Source: Saccostrea echinata (lineage: Eukaryota). From it: a stretch of 64,000 nucleotides of DNA. The stretch spans positions 27,342,001 to 27,406,000 of the forward strand of contig NW_026889778.1 in assembly GCF_033153115.1 (NCBI RefSeq), written 5' to 3'. Below, piece after piece: positions 23,230 through 36,500 of the stretch. Positions within the stretch are counted from its first letter, which is position 1; each line of letters starts with the position of its first letter. Position numbers and translations under genes: made by a program. A model generated the notes under the pieces. That model saw only the letters and a program-made list of their open reading frames with translations, was not told the DNA's origin and made no database searches.

Positions 23230-25749
23230 AACTGTAAAATAAATTACTTTTGGTGGTACGATTTTCATATTCTGAGGAAAAATACTGGTTCTTAGTAGTT
23301 TGATTTTATGATTGAGAAAGTGTTCTTTGACACAAATTATACTGTATACTGAACATATTGTGGAGCAAATGGCGAATCTCTTCAGACCCTGAAGACAACG
23401 AAAATTAAAGAAGTATTCTACTTAAGTATAGTAGCGTGGTCAGTTTTTACACCCTAGGTTTACCGGTTAAATGTTAGCATACGGTATTTTGTTTGTTTTC
23501 ATTGTGCATAACGAAGTATTTTTAATTAAAACATTGTGTAAGTATAATGAATAATTAAACATATAAAAAAATACAAGCCTATTTTTAACACCTATCGCAC
23601 TAAAAAATGTCGGAACATTTCCCCCGATCAGACTACGGTTTCTCTATTACATGGAAATAGGCGGAGGCATTTAGATTAGATACTATAAAAAGAAGATCTT
23701 GGTATGATATTTTTCTTTCAAAGACGAATTATATGTTCAAGATTCACAATCAACTACAAATACAATTTTCTATTTACAATACTTTGGCAATAAAAGCTAT
23801 AACAAGATGAACCAAACAAGTCCATGCTTATCGACATAAAACTGAGTACGTTTCAACTGAGAACTAGCACGTATACTGGGGCATTTAAATTACCCGTTAC
23901 GATACAAATCCATGAGGCTTGTTATGATTCTAAACAGGTCATAGAGAGGTTAATAAGTCAGCGAAGAAATTCAAAATCACAATACTTTTAATTAGAAAAC
24001 ATAGAGCACAAGGTTGTTCAACAAAGATATTTTCACCCAACCTTTACACATATAATATACACTTATATTTCAAACTCGACTCTGAACAAACCTGTGCTCT
24101 GTGTTAACGAAAGCTTTGAAGTATGTACCTGTCACTGATTTCTTTTGATATTCATGAAAATCAAAGGACCCTACCTTCAACGCACAGCTTCGTATGCTAC
24201 CTATATCTATTATTTGACATTTTTAGATAATGATTCAAATAATAAAGACAATAGTTAATGATAAAATTTAGTTTTTAAAAAAAAATTGATAAATGTTCGA
24301 AATTTGACGAGTAATCGGGGACCACAGATAAGCCTTATTGAGACTTGTTTTTTCTCTGATAATAGCCATATTACAGTAAATACGTATCAGTTCTATAATA
24401 GCCATTTATTGATGTTCAAATTTTTGCGCCACCGTGTCAGTGTACTACGTCACAAATTTTTGAGTACACATATTTTTCTTGAGTACTGCACGAGCAGTGA
24501 CATTCACTGGAAAGCATTGTTCTCTGGTCTGTACTGATTCAATGCATCTCTGGAATGTGAAGAAATTACTTATTCGGTAAGCCAATTATTTAAACACCAG
24601 CACATCCATATTTACATGTATGCATTTTGTATTTTATTCATGGAACATTATTTTTGATACTCAGGTAATGGTCTATATATAGTCGAGTATATTCGTTAAT
24701 CATTACCTTATTATGTAAAATTACATTTATAGATTCATTATATTGAACACAGTAATTTTTAAATTATTTATAAGATTCATTGATAGGTCCCTTATGTATT
24801 GTTTAGGATAGATGTTAAATGCATTAGGCTTAAACTATGTATCTCAAGAGCAATAACTCTCATATTTTGTTGTAAACACGAGTTTCGAAAGTTAGATATT
24901 TTTTATGCATATTCAGTAATATAATAGAACGTAAACTTATAAAGGATTATTTTTGGTTATAATCTGTGATACTGATAGCATATATTCTGGTGTATATTAC
25001 TAGTCTGAATTGCCTTGGCTTGGCCAATTCCTAGTCCGAATTGCCTCTGTTTATTTGTATTGCATTGTGTTACAAGAATTTTTTTTGTTTGCAATATTTT
25101 ATTTTATTTACTTTACAGTAAATCGTATGTGTCAATTGGAGGATGTCACTCAATATTTTCGTATGCATGATGTGAATCTAGGAATCAATGGGAATTGAAT
25201 AAAAACATACGCATTTACAATATATTTCTCTTTCTCTGGGCATTGACCAGTACAAGTTCCTTTAGTTTGAAGTAACTTCACTTTGTTAAGTTTGTTAAAA
25301 TGAATAAATATTTTCCAAAACCGAAAAAAACCCAAATTGGTTTGTGGTATATTCTTGTGATTTACACCAAATTAGATTTTTTGACTGATTCACAGTATCT
25401 TTTGACTATAAGCTCTGACTAATTAAAATGCTAATATTATATTAGTAAATATGACACATTTCCCTAGGAAATCAGCTATTCACAAAATCATAAATCTGAA
25501 AAAAATACTACAAAGTATCATTAATGAACAATTCAATAGCATAATGCTTATAAAGCCAGATCAACGCAAAGAACAAGTCAAAATAATAAAAATACATGTA
25601 TTTTCCATAGAATGCAAATATTTCCTGTTTTTTGAGAATTGTTCCGTTTTCTATCATCGATCAACTACACAGCCTCATAAAAATTTCCAGCAGCAACATT
25701 TATTTATGATGATTGGTTGATAGTTTGTTGGTTTGGTTAGTTTGGTTGT

Positions 25750-27889
25750 TGGTTATTTGTTTGACGGTTGTTGAAGATTTCTTCATAAACATTGTCTATT
25801 ATTCTTTTTTCTGCAAAGCTAAGAAAATCTTTTTTATTAGCTTTGACAAAAACTCAGTCACCGCATAAGGACTCATAAAAAATAAGGCTAACTCAAGGTG
25901 GTATTTTATTTGTGGCATTGTTTGTGAAATGCCATTGTCTAGAAATACCTGAAAAAGGATAGTACAAACCATAATCACCAGAAAGACTTTTGACATACAC
26001 ACAAAAATTTGTTTCTTTACAAACGACAGTTTTTCAGAAATGGCATTGTACACATCCTCTTCTAGGTATTCTAAATCAGAACCATCCTCACTAGAGGACC
26101 CATTTCCCCTTCTCTTTTCCAAAATGTAAAGGAGGATTTCTGTTTTCAAGTTGAGGATTTCAGCACAATAGTTCAAAATGTAAAACATTGCCATTCCAAT
26201 TACTAAAGCATATCTTAATAGGTTGGGTCTTATCGGTAAAGTAAACAGTGTAATATATACTTCATTCGAAGTGAAAATGTTATAGATGACAACAAGGGTC
26301 TAATCATAAAAAAATAAGAGACGACATACAAAAATATACATAAAAAGAGCAACAAATATACCGACAAGCGATTATTAAAATTGGTAGATGTCTTTTGTTT
26401 TGTGCTCCCTGTGTATTTTCTGTGCGTTCCCTATTATTCTCAAACCCATCATCTCCTCTCGTTTGCTCAACTGGTGGTTGGTTTGACATTTTATCAATAT
26501 TTGCAAGCAGTGCATCTTCTTCGACTCCTTTATTATCCACAGCACCTTCTTTAAATAATTTGGCAATAAGACAGTGAGACGTAAATGAAAAACTAGGAAA
26601 AATACAAAGTAATAAATGGAATGGAATTTGAAACAAATACAAAATGTACACCATTTTACATTCACTCGTACTCTTTTGCATACACCATAATAGAATTTAT
26701 TTTCTATGTAAGTTCCGTAATAAAGTGGCAAGAACATTATTAAAAGTAATAAAGGAAAAATACTGAAACAAATATCAAGAACTTTTCCAGTTTTACGACA
26801 TTCCTTGAAAATAAATTGATGGATTAAAGGTTCACTTGCTCGAACTATATTTATATCCATGTCCATCATCCAATGAAATTCTGAATATCGAAAATATGTG
26901 CGATAATATCCAATTACAGCCATTAAAAGAAAGAGGTAAGACGCTAGTCTTCTTTCAGGCTTTTGAAAGCAACAAAACACCTTGTAAAGCGCTTTCAACA
27001 AGCATCGTTGTAATCCGCATGGTCTGCTGAATTGTGTATAAATAAACAATTTTTCATCCTTTTTATAATCCTTGGAAGAGACTAAAATTAATCTATTCTG
27101 AACCCAAACATATTTCACATCTAATATGGAAAATATCCAAACAAACTGTAATGATAGAAAGAAGCAAAGGATCGTAGTTGCATATGATATCGATTTAGTT
27201 AAATCTTCACTTCCGCCTTCAAATGAAGTGCAAGACAAGTCGTATCCCAGCCATACGGTAGTTGTCCAATATAGAAATTCGCGCCAAAAGTCAATGGTTT
27301 TCTTCCTTTTGCATAAATAATAATCTGTACTGTTATTCAACAATTTGCCCCAGAGTAAAGCGCGGACCTAATCTGTTTCTGTTCGTGTATTGTTGACGTA
27401 CAGAATATGCGTTAAATTTAGGCTCAAAGATAAATGTATTGTAGATATATCAAATCGAAACAAAAAGATTGAGACCAGCTCAAAATCAATAGGTAATTCA
27501 CCGAGAATTTTTCGCTTCTTGTAAATCAGTTGCCAGTCGAGTAAATCATCAAAAATATTACAGAAGGAGCCGATTTTTGTAGTATTTAATTCTAAATCTA
27601 TGTAGTAGAGATAAGGGGGGTCATCTTTATCCTTTTCATTCATTTGTTGTTTCACCTTTTGTACTTCTTTCGGTAAAAGATAGAAATGACAATATTTTAA
27701 CGCTTTTGATTTAGGATATTCAGTATTGTTTATCAAACTGGTATTGGATGTCGATTTTACGTCAGCTGTAGTTTTTCTGTCTTGATTCACAGTGCCATTA
27801 TTAACTTTTTCCTGGATGGAATCTATCAAATTATATCTTAGATTATCTGCTTCTCTCCCGTTGATATTGAGTTTTCCTTTGGTGTCCAT
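25750..27889 (-). pseudogene. Disrupted multi-pass membrane protein gene of unknown function (single large coding exon)
   Basis: ORFs 27368..27889 and 26375..27343 are in the same frame, separated only by one TAG (ETD*VRALLWGKLLNN). Hydrophobic segments continue through frameshifts into 26304..26681 and 25799..26194. A splice acceptor TTTTATCTTTTCCAG lies at about 28026, upstream of the ATG. Confidence 0.65.
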
Positions 27890-30800
27890 TTATATCGTAG
27901 TAGTTGCTATTTCGTTTATCTCCCCTTCTCTGTATGAAAGTATATAAGAGAGCTATTACCAATACTTGAAGTAATACTGCTGTGATGAGTTTTCGAATCT
28001 TAGATTTTGTTTTCATTCTTCCAAGCTGGAAAAGATAAAACCATACAGATCAGCATTAAACCTGTGTGCATCAAAGCGTTATTGATATTCATATATATAC
28101 ATCATCTGAAAAAGTAATGTTTCATTAATGCTTCTTTAAAACTGACATGAAGTCTGAATTATGCGATATTTTTATCCTTGTACGCCTTATTTCATCCCCG
28201 CACGCACTTTTCCCACAATATTTCTTTCAGATACATTGTCTTATTCTACCCCTATATTAACTCCATGGGTTTATCACACTTAAATGATTATCCGGTTTGG
28301 CTGTCGAGATGTACACATCTCCGATAGCAAAGTTTTGGAACACATCATGAGCTAACCGAAAACATATTTTAAACCTAATTATCCGCCAAAACTAAAGGAA
28401 ACCTTTTGAAAGAAGTAAATAAATTTTGAATACTATAGGTGGTTTGTAGAAAAAGTTTGATGCACAGATATTTGTTAAAATTCATTCTGTCCTAGCTTCG
28501 TCTTTAAGAAATTCCATGAAAACTAACCGCATTAGTTGGACATAAAAATTATGCAGAAAATATAATTAGAGCTGAAAAAGTATTTTCTTCTTTAAACATA
28601 CCGATATCGTTGAATTTATTTAAGGATTGACCGATTGTTTATTCATTTTAACTAGATTGAATAAAAATGAATATTTATCAAGGGTTTAGTAATTTTACAG
28701 AAATGAAAAAGAAGTTCTTTACGATTTATTAAATTCTGTACGAATATTGCATAATTATATTTGATCAATTACATAATTTTTTTCTGAATCTATTTTTGTG
28801 CAGCGAATCAGAAATTCTAAAATAATTTTGATTTTTCTGAGTCCGAAGTTAAATTTTAATGCTTAACATATGTATAAAATATTTAGACATATATATTATT
28901 GTCCCTAATCAAATTTAAAATTTTAGTTTCTAGCCATAACCAGTTCATGAAACGTATTTAAAATTTCTATCTGAATATTCTTACTACAACAAGAATAAGT
29001 GAAAGACATTTAAAGATATGAAATATTTTATGAAATTTTTAAAAAAAATTTAAGATATGGTAATTTACATATCAATGAAAAACCAATGATAAGTTCTTGA
29101 ATGACTTCTGAAATATAACTGAAAGGTCACTGAAAGGCGACTGAAAGACGATGGAAATTTTTTCTTTATCAAGTTACATATTTTCCCGCTATCACCACCA
29201 TACAAGTAGATGCACATCCCTTAGCGGGACCCTTGCTGACTGGTCAACTTTCTAGTTTTTAGAGCAAAAACGTCATAATTCATATCTTAAATTTCACGGA
29301 TGATTTTTTAATGACGAAAACTATTAATACTACCCTTGAGTATTTATTCGTGTAAAAAATATTGTCATGTGCATGATATGTTTAAACAGCTTTATATTTA
29401 ATCAATATTTCAAAATTTTTCCCAAGTGCAAAAACGTTGCCCCTCGGTAACAGGAACTTCCTGGAGTGTTGTCAAGTTAAAACTAGATTTCATTGAGAAA
29501 CAAGGCATATGTCACCCCCATTTCTCCTTTGGGATTTTTTTCTTTTGTCAAATTAGATATACATTGTATACTTCAGGAAAAATTGACATTTCAACACTTT
29601 CAGGTGCATACCTTTTCGATCTTCTCAATATATTTGTTTATCCATAAGATGATTTATTTTTTATGATACATTACACACAAAAATCAACTGTAAAAATTTA
29701 CGTATAGCTTATAATTGTAAGAAATGTTACTTCATATTATAATTCATTCAGAATTTGTATCATAAACATTCCATGTAAAAATTAATAATGAAATTATTAA
29801 TAAATATTTACTTACTGCTTGTTTTGTGCTTTAAACCACTTAAAGAAAATCAATATGGTAAGCACCGTTTTTAAATTTACCTGGCTCTGGGGCCATAAAC
29901 TTAACTTAGACGAGCTCAATTTTGATCTCAGTTTAAGTTTTACAAAATTAAAGGGATTCTGTGCGAAAAAAAGAGAATGAGATCAAAGGCGAGCTAATCT
30001 AAATTTTATGCCCCAGAGACTGGACTGTGCACACTTTCAATCAAGCAAATTAGAGTCTACGATGACCGATATCAGCCTGTATGAAATAAAATTACACGGC
30101 CTATACTTTTATCTTTTGTGCATGCACATTTCTTGAAGTTTGTACATGTACAAAAATATAAAAAAAATTAACAATTTCGCGAAAAGACAAGATCTACATG
30201 TACAGTTCTTTAAAATTGTCTATGTATAGACAAAAAATCTATAGCAGTATATAAAAGATTTCGCCGCTATAATTATTGTACATGTACAATTCTTATATTT
30301 AAAATTTTAATTACATTCATCCGATTCTTGCACTTGACTTCTGATACCCCTTAAACAATAAATCACGTAATAATCAACTTGGACCTTTAAATAGCGATTA
30401 AAAGGTGAAGACGGAAACTGTGTTTTAATATAAGTAAGTTTCAAAGACAGATAATAAAATTACCAATGAAATTTGAAACAATTTTTTTGAATGTGTAATG
30501 AGGTATATGAAATTATTAAAATAGCGACCCATAAAAGAATTGCAATACAATCCTCCCTATATAACCTACTGAGTCATTAAACACAAGAAGAATCTGAGTG
30601 ATATGCTCTCCTCCTAACTAATATAATAATCTGTATAACAAATGTGCAAATAGGCTCCTGATGATGGTGGATTTGCAGCTAATTAATAAACTATCAAAAT
30701 CATAAACCTCGTATATATCACACCGCCGAAACACTAGATTATATTAGTGTCGAGTCAAGTGATCTGAGATACGTGGCTGATGGGAGCCATCTTTTTTCTT

Positions 30801-31025
30801 TGAAAAAAAATCGTTTATTTATTGCGTTCGGGTTATCGAAAGTCAAGTAGAAGAATGGTAATTAAAATTTTAAATAGAAGAATTGTACATGTACAGTAAT
30901 TATAGTGACAAAATCATTTATATACCGCTATAGATTTTTTTGTCTGTACATGTACAACCTTTAAGAATTGTACATGGACATTTTGTCTTTTCGCGAAATT
31001 TAAATTTTTTGTATTTTTGTACATG

Positions 31026-31733
31026 TGTAACGTGTTCAGGGGTCCGTACCTGGTTGATTCCAGGATCTCGGGTTTAGATTAATGAAATAACTAAATAATT
31101 TTCTTCTTAAAATGATTGTATTAAATAATTGGCCTGCAAATATATACAGATATGGCCCTTCCCTTACATAGGGGAAAATCACACATGAAGGTCGGCCTAA
31201 TATTTAAAAAAGAAAGTGGGGGGGGGGGGGGCACCAGTTATGCCTTATTCAGGCTCGTAGTGTCAGTCACGATGCCGAGTCCTAATCTACTACTAGTAGT
31301 CCGCCTCTGACAACAGAAGATATACAAAATTGTCCTTATTCAGTCATCCACTGCTATCAGAGACTTACATCTGTCCAGCAAGGCTACCAGGCAAGCCTCT
31401 AAGGGGTTGTCCTCCCGCTATTGTCGGCCTCTAAATGGTTAGTCCAATAACACAATACACTTATTTATTGTGGCAAGTCTTCCCCGTCAGGCAATCCATC
31501 TAGTATTGATAAAATAATTGTGGCAAGCCTCAATATTAGGCAATCCACCCAACTAACCTTGTCTCGCAAATACACTTCTTCTTTCCACTGCCGTTTGGAC
31601 TAAAAGAACCCCGTAGCTTAGCTGCGCTCGTTTATATACCCTTGTTTTAGGTCACGTGATTTGCTACAGCCACAATCAGATCCTCAAAGGCCAACTTGCA
31701 TATTTGGAATACATAAAGCTATAAATCGTTACA
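31026..31733 (-). repeat. Gypsy 3' LTR
   Basis: TGTAACGTGTTCAGGGGTCCGTACC...AAATCGTTACA; direct repeat of 38318-39028; adjacent purine-rich PPT AAGGCGTGGGTAG (31734-31746, -). Confidence 0.95.
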
Positions 31734-31910
31734 CTACCCACGCCTTCGATGACATGCGACCCTCATGTTAACCAGAAAAATATTACCAAAGTTTTTTTTA
31801 TTCAAGCCAACAACTAAATCTACAAAGTTGCTTTACAATGTAGATACTACAAAGTGAACAATTACATAATAACATTTATAAAAACGTTTGCCTCGAATAC
31901 ATTTTTTTCT

Positions 31911-32600
31911 TTACACATTAAACACAATCTTTTCTTTGACAACCCTTGTGTCAACACTACCATTTCTAAATGTCTTGATGGTTTTCGTAGTAATGATTCT
32001 TTTTATTGGCTCTGTCTGAGTTCCAATATCTTCTTTCCTCTTCAATGGTACACTGTCACTCTCTTTTAGCAAGGTGACTTGTACTGCCTTTTCTTCCTTT
32101 CTGTCCCTCTCACTGAACTGTTCCTTTAAAGCACAAGGTTTTCCTTGTGATGCCACTGGTAAGGGGGTGGTTGGCTTACGAAATACTCTTCCCTGTAACA
32201 GGTTATTCTCTGTCTCTTTAGCAGGGATAGGTTCCACCTCGGGTATCGGGTCGTCGCCTTCACTGCTGTCCGATACTTCTCCAATAAGGTCTCCAGGATC
32301 TTGGTTTAGCCAATCCTCCTCCTTTTCTTGCATCTGTTCGTCTCTACTCACACCATCCCTACCACCATCTTTATTTCCAAGCATAATAAGTTTCTCTTGG
32401 GATATACCAGGATGGCATCTTTTTATTTGCCTCGTGAGGTTGCTCTTCTTAGTATTCTTTAAGTCGCATGACTGGCACTGAAAGGTTAAGTAAGTAAGTA
32501 AAGACATGGTCTCTGTACTCTCCTTCACTGTTTGCTGAGAGAGAGAGCACATAGGACAACGTTCAAACTCCTTATCTGGTGTTGATTTCGTCTTCACCAT
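31911..32600 (-). CDS. Gypsy accessory ORF3 (env position): zinc-finger-like N-terminus plus acidic low-complexity region
   Basis: 229-aa ORF between integrase and PPT, in the same sense as pol. Contains CPMC... and CQSC-x12-Q-x4-H; TTTTACTGTTTTTTAG sits directly before the ATG. Confidence 0.7.
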   Translation of the reverse strand: MVKTKSTPDKEFERCPMCSLSQQTVKESTETMSLLTYLTFQCQSCDLKNTKKSNLTRQIKRCHPGISQEKLIMLGNKDGGRDGVSRDEQMQEKEEDWLNQDPGDLIGEVSDSSEGDDPIPEVEPIPAKETENNLLQGRVFRKPTTPLPVASQGKPCALKEQFSERDRKEEKAVQVTLLKESDSVPLKRKEDIGTQTEPIKRIITTKTIKTFRNGSVDTRVVKEKIVFNV

Positions 32601-32699
32601 CTAAAAAACAGTAAAATTTCTAAAATATACATCAAAGAACTGTACAACCTTTATTCAGTAAAAATACATCCAAATACTTTTCTAAGCAGGATTATTTGT

Positions 32700-35600
32700 C
32701 AACATAGTAATCATGAAGCCAAGTAGGTCGTTTTGTAACTTTCTTTGGGCGATCATTGCACGTATAACTGATTGGTGTATCTTTATTACTATTTTCTCAG
32801 TTGCTTGTTACAAATGGTCTTCCTCATTCTGTGGAAGACCTTCACCAGAAAGTGTTTGAGGATTTTTTTTCGGATGCGATCCACGTGTATAATTTGTTCT
32901 GAGCCACGAGACCCACAGTTGACCAAATAGTTTAAATCAGATATCTTTTTGACAATTCTAAATTGGCCCTGCAATAGCTGGCGAATTTAGGTGAGGTTCC
33001 ATGCTTTCTGCGTAGAAAGAATACATATACTTCCTCCCCAGTACTGAAAGTTTTGCACTTCAGTTTCCTATCATGGAAGTGCTTTTGTCTATAGAGGGGT
33101 TGTGAGTTCACGCCTCAACATAAGCATATTAGGAGTTAATCCAGTAGTTTCATGCACGGAAGATCTGTAAGCCAGCACTATATATGGCAAGTGGACATCT
33201 CAATCAGAGTGGTGTTCATTTACAAATCCACGGAGCATTACAGTTAGTGTTCTATTAAACCGCTCAACCATACCATCCAATTATGGATGATAGGGAGTGG
33301 TTACGGGTCTTCTGAACATCTAATAACTGGCACATTTCCCTAAAAAGTTGTCTCGCGTACTGTGGACCCTGATCAGAATGTATTACACCTGGGACACCAA
33401 ATCTAGTCACCACCTCTTCTACTATTTTACCAGTCTTGGCTTCCATATTGGGCATGGGGAAGCACTCTGTCCACTTGGTAAAATAATCTGCTACGACTAA
33501 AATATACCGATTTTCATTCTCAGCTTCTGGTAACTCGCCAAGGAGGTATAGAGAACCCACTATCTGCATTGGCGCTTTAATAGACATAGTAGACCCTTTT
33601 TCATTTTTTACATACTTTACAACCTATTATGTATTGGTAAACAGCTTTTTGTAGACCTGACCAATAGTACGATTGTTTAATTTTTGCCAATGTCTTGTGT
33701 ATGCCAAGATGACCAGTTGTTCTATCGTCATGACAGAACTTTAGAATTGTTCTTCTCTCTTTGCTGGGAACTACAACCTGATTTTTCTGACTTTTTGTTA
33801 TCAAATCATCCCATTTCCTGTAGAGAATACCGTCTTGCAAATCTAACCTGTCCCACTGGGACCATAAAGATTTTATCACTACGACTCTCCTGACACGACA
33901 TTATATTTAGGCGATCATGGGTGATCAACCATTGTTTTACCTTACTTAGGTCTCTGTCTTCATCCTGCAGTTCACCCTAGGAAATCTCTGTGGAGTCATC
34001 TGTTCTATTTTCCTCTGATTCCAGTGTTTGTACAGCATAGATGTGGTCAGTCTTGCATTGCTTGCATGGAATGCAACTTAAGTCTTCCGCATTTTTGTGA
34101 AGTCTACCAGGCCTATGCTCAATATGAAAATCATAACTTGACAGCAATTCAATCCATCGAGCTAGCTGTCCTTCTGGATCCTTGAAAAATTCATTAACCA
34201 TTTCAATGAGCTATGTTCTGTCCTTACGGTAAATGTCGCCCGCGTGGCGCAGTGGTTAGAGCGTCTGCTCTAGAGTCGCGGAGTAAGGAGTTGATCCTTA
34301 CGTCGCGGGTTCGAATCCCACTGTGGGACGTGGAGACCGGTCCTTCGGATGAGACCGTATAAACCGAGGTCCCGTGTCACAGTAAGTGTTGGCACAAAAA
34401 AGATCCCTCACTGCTCAATGGCCGTAAGTGCCGAGTATAGGACAAAATTTGCAGCTCTCCACCGGCAAGTATGAGTGAAAAATTCTCGAGAGGGACGTTA
34501 AACAACAAACAAAAAAACTTACGGTAAATCTTCTACCATACAAATACTGTCTGAAGTGTTTCACAAAGTGTTTCACAAAGGTCAACACTGCTAAAAGCTC
34601 CTTTTGTGTGACACAATACTTCCTCTCTGACTTAGAGAGGCTTTTACTGGCAAATGCTATAAACCTCTTAATTCCATCCTGTAGCTGGGATAGCACTGCG
34701 CCGACTGCCTCGTTGCTGGCGTCCGTATCAAGGATAAACTCCTGCTCAAAGTTAGGAAAGGCCAAAACTGGAGCTGTTGACAACTCTTTTTGTTACTTAT
34801 AAATGGCGCTTTGGCACTTGTCATCCAATCTAAAGACCGTATTTTTCTTTGTAAGGTCGTGCGGAGGTTTGGCCACCAAAATGGCATTTAGACCATAGCA
34901 AAATTAGGCACGAACCTCCTATAATGATCTTACCTCTGTGATGTTCGAGGGGACAGGCCACTTTTTCACTGCCTTTATTTTCTCAGGAATGGTTGCTATA
35001 CCCTTTTCGGATAAAACATGTCCCAGGTATTCGACCTTCTTTGCAAGCAGCGCGCATTTGCGTACCTTCAACTTTTGCCCTGCGGCTAATAAACGGTCAA
35101 ATACGTGTGTCAAATTCAGTATCATTTCCTCTATGGTCTTCCCTATCACAATGAAATCGTCTAGGTAAACAAGACAGATATGCCACTGTACATTTCTAAG
35201 AACTGCCTCCATTAAGCGCTCGAATGTGGCAGGGGCATTACAAAACCCGAAAGGCATCACTTTAAATTGGTACAAGCCCCGGCGGGTTACAAATTCTGTC
35301 TTGTTTTGATCCTTTTGGACATTTCTACCTGCCAGTAGCCGGAGTTAAAATCAAGAGTGGAAAACCACTTGACCCCAGAGAGTTGGTCCAAAGAGTCGTC
35401 TATCCTTGGATGAGTATAGGCATCCTTAATAGTTCTTTCATTAAGTTTTCGATAGTCAACGCAGAATCTTGTTGAACCATCTTTCTTTTTCACCAAGAGA
35501 CTGGTGACGACAACGGACTCACCGACTCTTCTATAACATCTCTTCCTAACACATCGTCAACATGCTTGTTTACCTCTGCTTGCATGTGAACAGGTATACG

Positions 35601-36500
35601 CCTTTGATGCTGCTTAAAAGGGGATGCTTCTCCTGTATCGATTCTATGCTCTGTAACATTTGTCTTACCTAGATCTGTGACAGATGCGGCAAACAGCTTG
35701 GAGTATCGCAATAGCAACTTATAAATTGATTTTGCATTCTTAGCGTCCATACGCTCCACCGTTCTATCATGTATTTCCCTAATATGTTCTGGCATTCTCT
35801 GTTTTTGGAAAAGTCTTTGGTGTCCTTAACACCCGCATAAACGTTTTCAATGGGTGACATATTAGCAAACAACGTCCCCTTGTATACTGATTTAACTTGA
35901 TCAGACAATTTAAACATTCTTACTGGTGCAACTTTCTAACCTTGTACAATGGCTCTAGCGACTAAAGCACGGTCAGACTCAACAAACCGATTTGCAGGTT
36001 CAATTAGCCCTATTTTTGGGACCTTTTCAAACATAGAAGGTATAACAATACACTCTGCCATAACTTCACTACCTGGTGGTATACAAAGATTGCTAGCCAA
36101 AGTGATCCGACAACAACCAACTTTCCCTTCAAGATTTAAGTCATAATCATGCATGATTACCGCCAACTTCTAGTGACAAGGATGTCATATTTAAGTTACA
36201 ATCATTGTCTCTCAAGAAATCTAAAAACCAAGTATACCATCTACCCCTATTTGAGCTACTGCAAACATTCGCACGAAACTCTGATTTCCTAACTTAAAGG
36301 GAATGGCAATTGAACCATCCACCTTAAGAGGTGAGCCATCTGCAGTACCTATTGGCTTACCTATTGGCAATTCATGAAGTTTTGCACTGGAACCAGCAAC
36401 GGAATTAAGGATCTCCGAAAATAGAATACTTATGGTTGCCCTAGAATCTATCAAAAATCGGTCAACATTGCCATGAATTAAGACTTAGATAAACATTCCA
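32700..36500 (-). pseudogene. pol: Gypsy pol (protease, RT, RNase H, integrase), multiply disrupted
   Basis: Protease FLIDSRAT; RT KKKDGSTRFCVDYRKLN, MPFGFCNAPATFERLM, VYLDDF; RNase H ILDTDAS...KELLA; integrase HHCC (HDDRTTGH...CKVC) and IHSDQG; GPY/F-like QGQFRIVKK. Confidence 0.92.
34235..34517 (+). mobile_element. tRNA-derived SINE inserted in the Gypsy RNase H region
   Basis: A box TGGCGCAGTGG, B box GGTTCGAATCC, central domain CTTCGGATGAGACC...AAAGATCCCTCACTGCTCAATGG, (CAAA)n tail, and a perfect 12-bp TSD CTTACGGTAAAT (34223-34234 / 34518-34529). Confidence 0.92.

Noticed and set aside
24400-24670. Possible plus-strand promoter or first exon (ACGTCAC motif, GTAAGC and GTAATG donors)
   Set aside because: No downstream coding exons identified; such short motifs are expected by chance.
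27368-27370. Programmed stop-codon readthrough or recoding in the membrane gene
   Set aside because: The TAG-G context is not leaky, and several frameshifts follow, so decay is the simpler explanation.
32074-32481. 135-aa plus-strand ORF
   Set aside because: Ser-rich antisense shadow of Gypsy ORF3.
31911-32600. Retroviral-type env gene
   Set aside because: No signal peptide or transmembrane segment; the protein is hydrophilic with zinc-finger-like motifs.
34235-34325. tRNA gene
   Set aside because: A and B boxes are present, but there is no canonical cloverleaf, and the sequence continues into a SINE body with tail and TSD.
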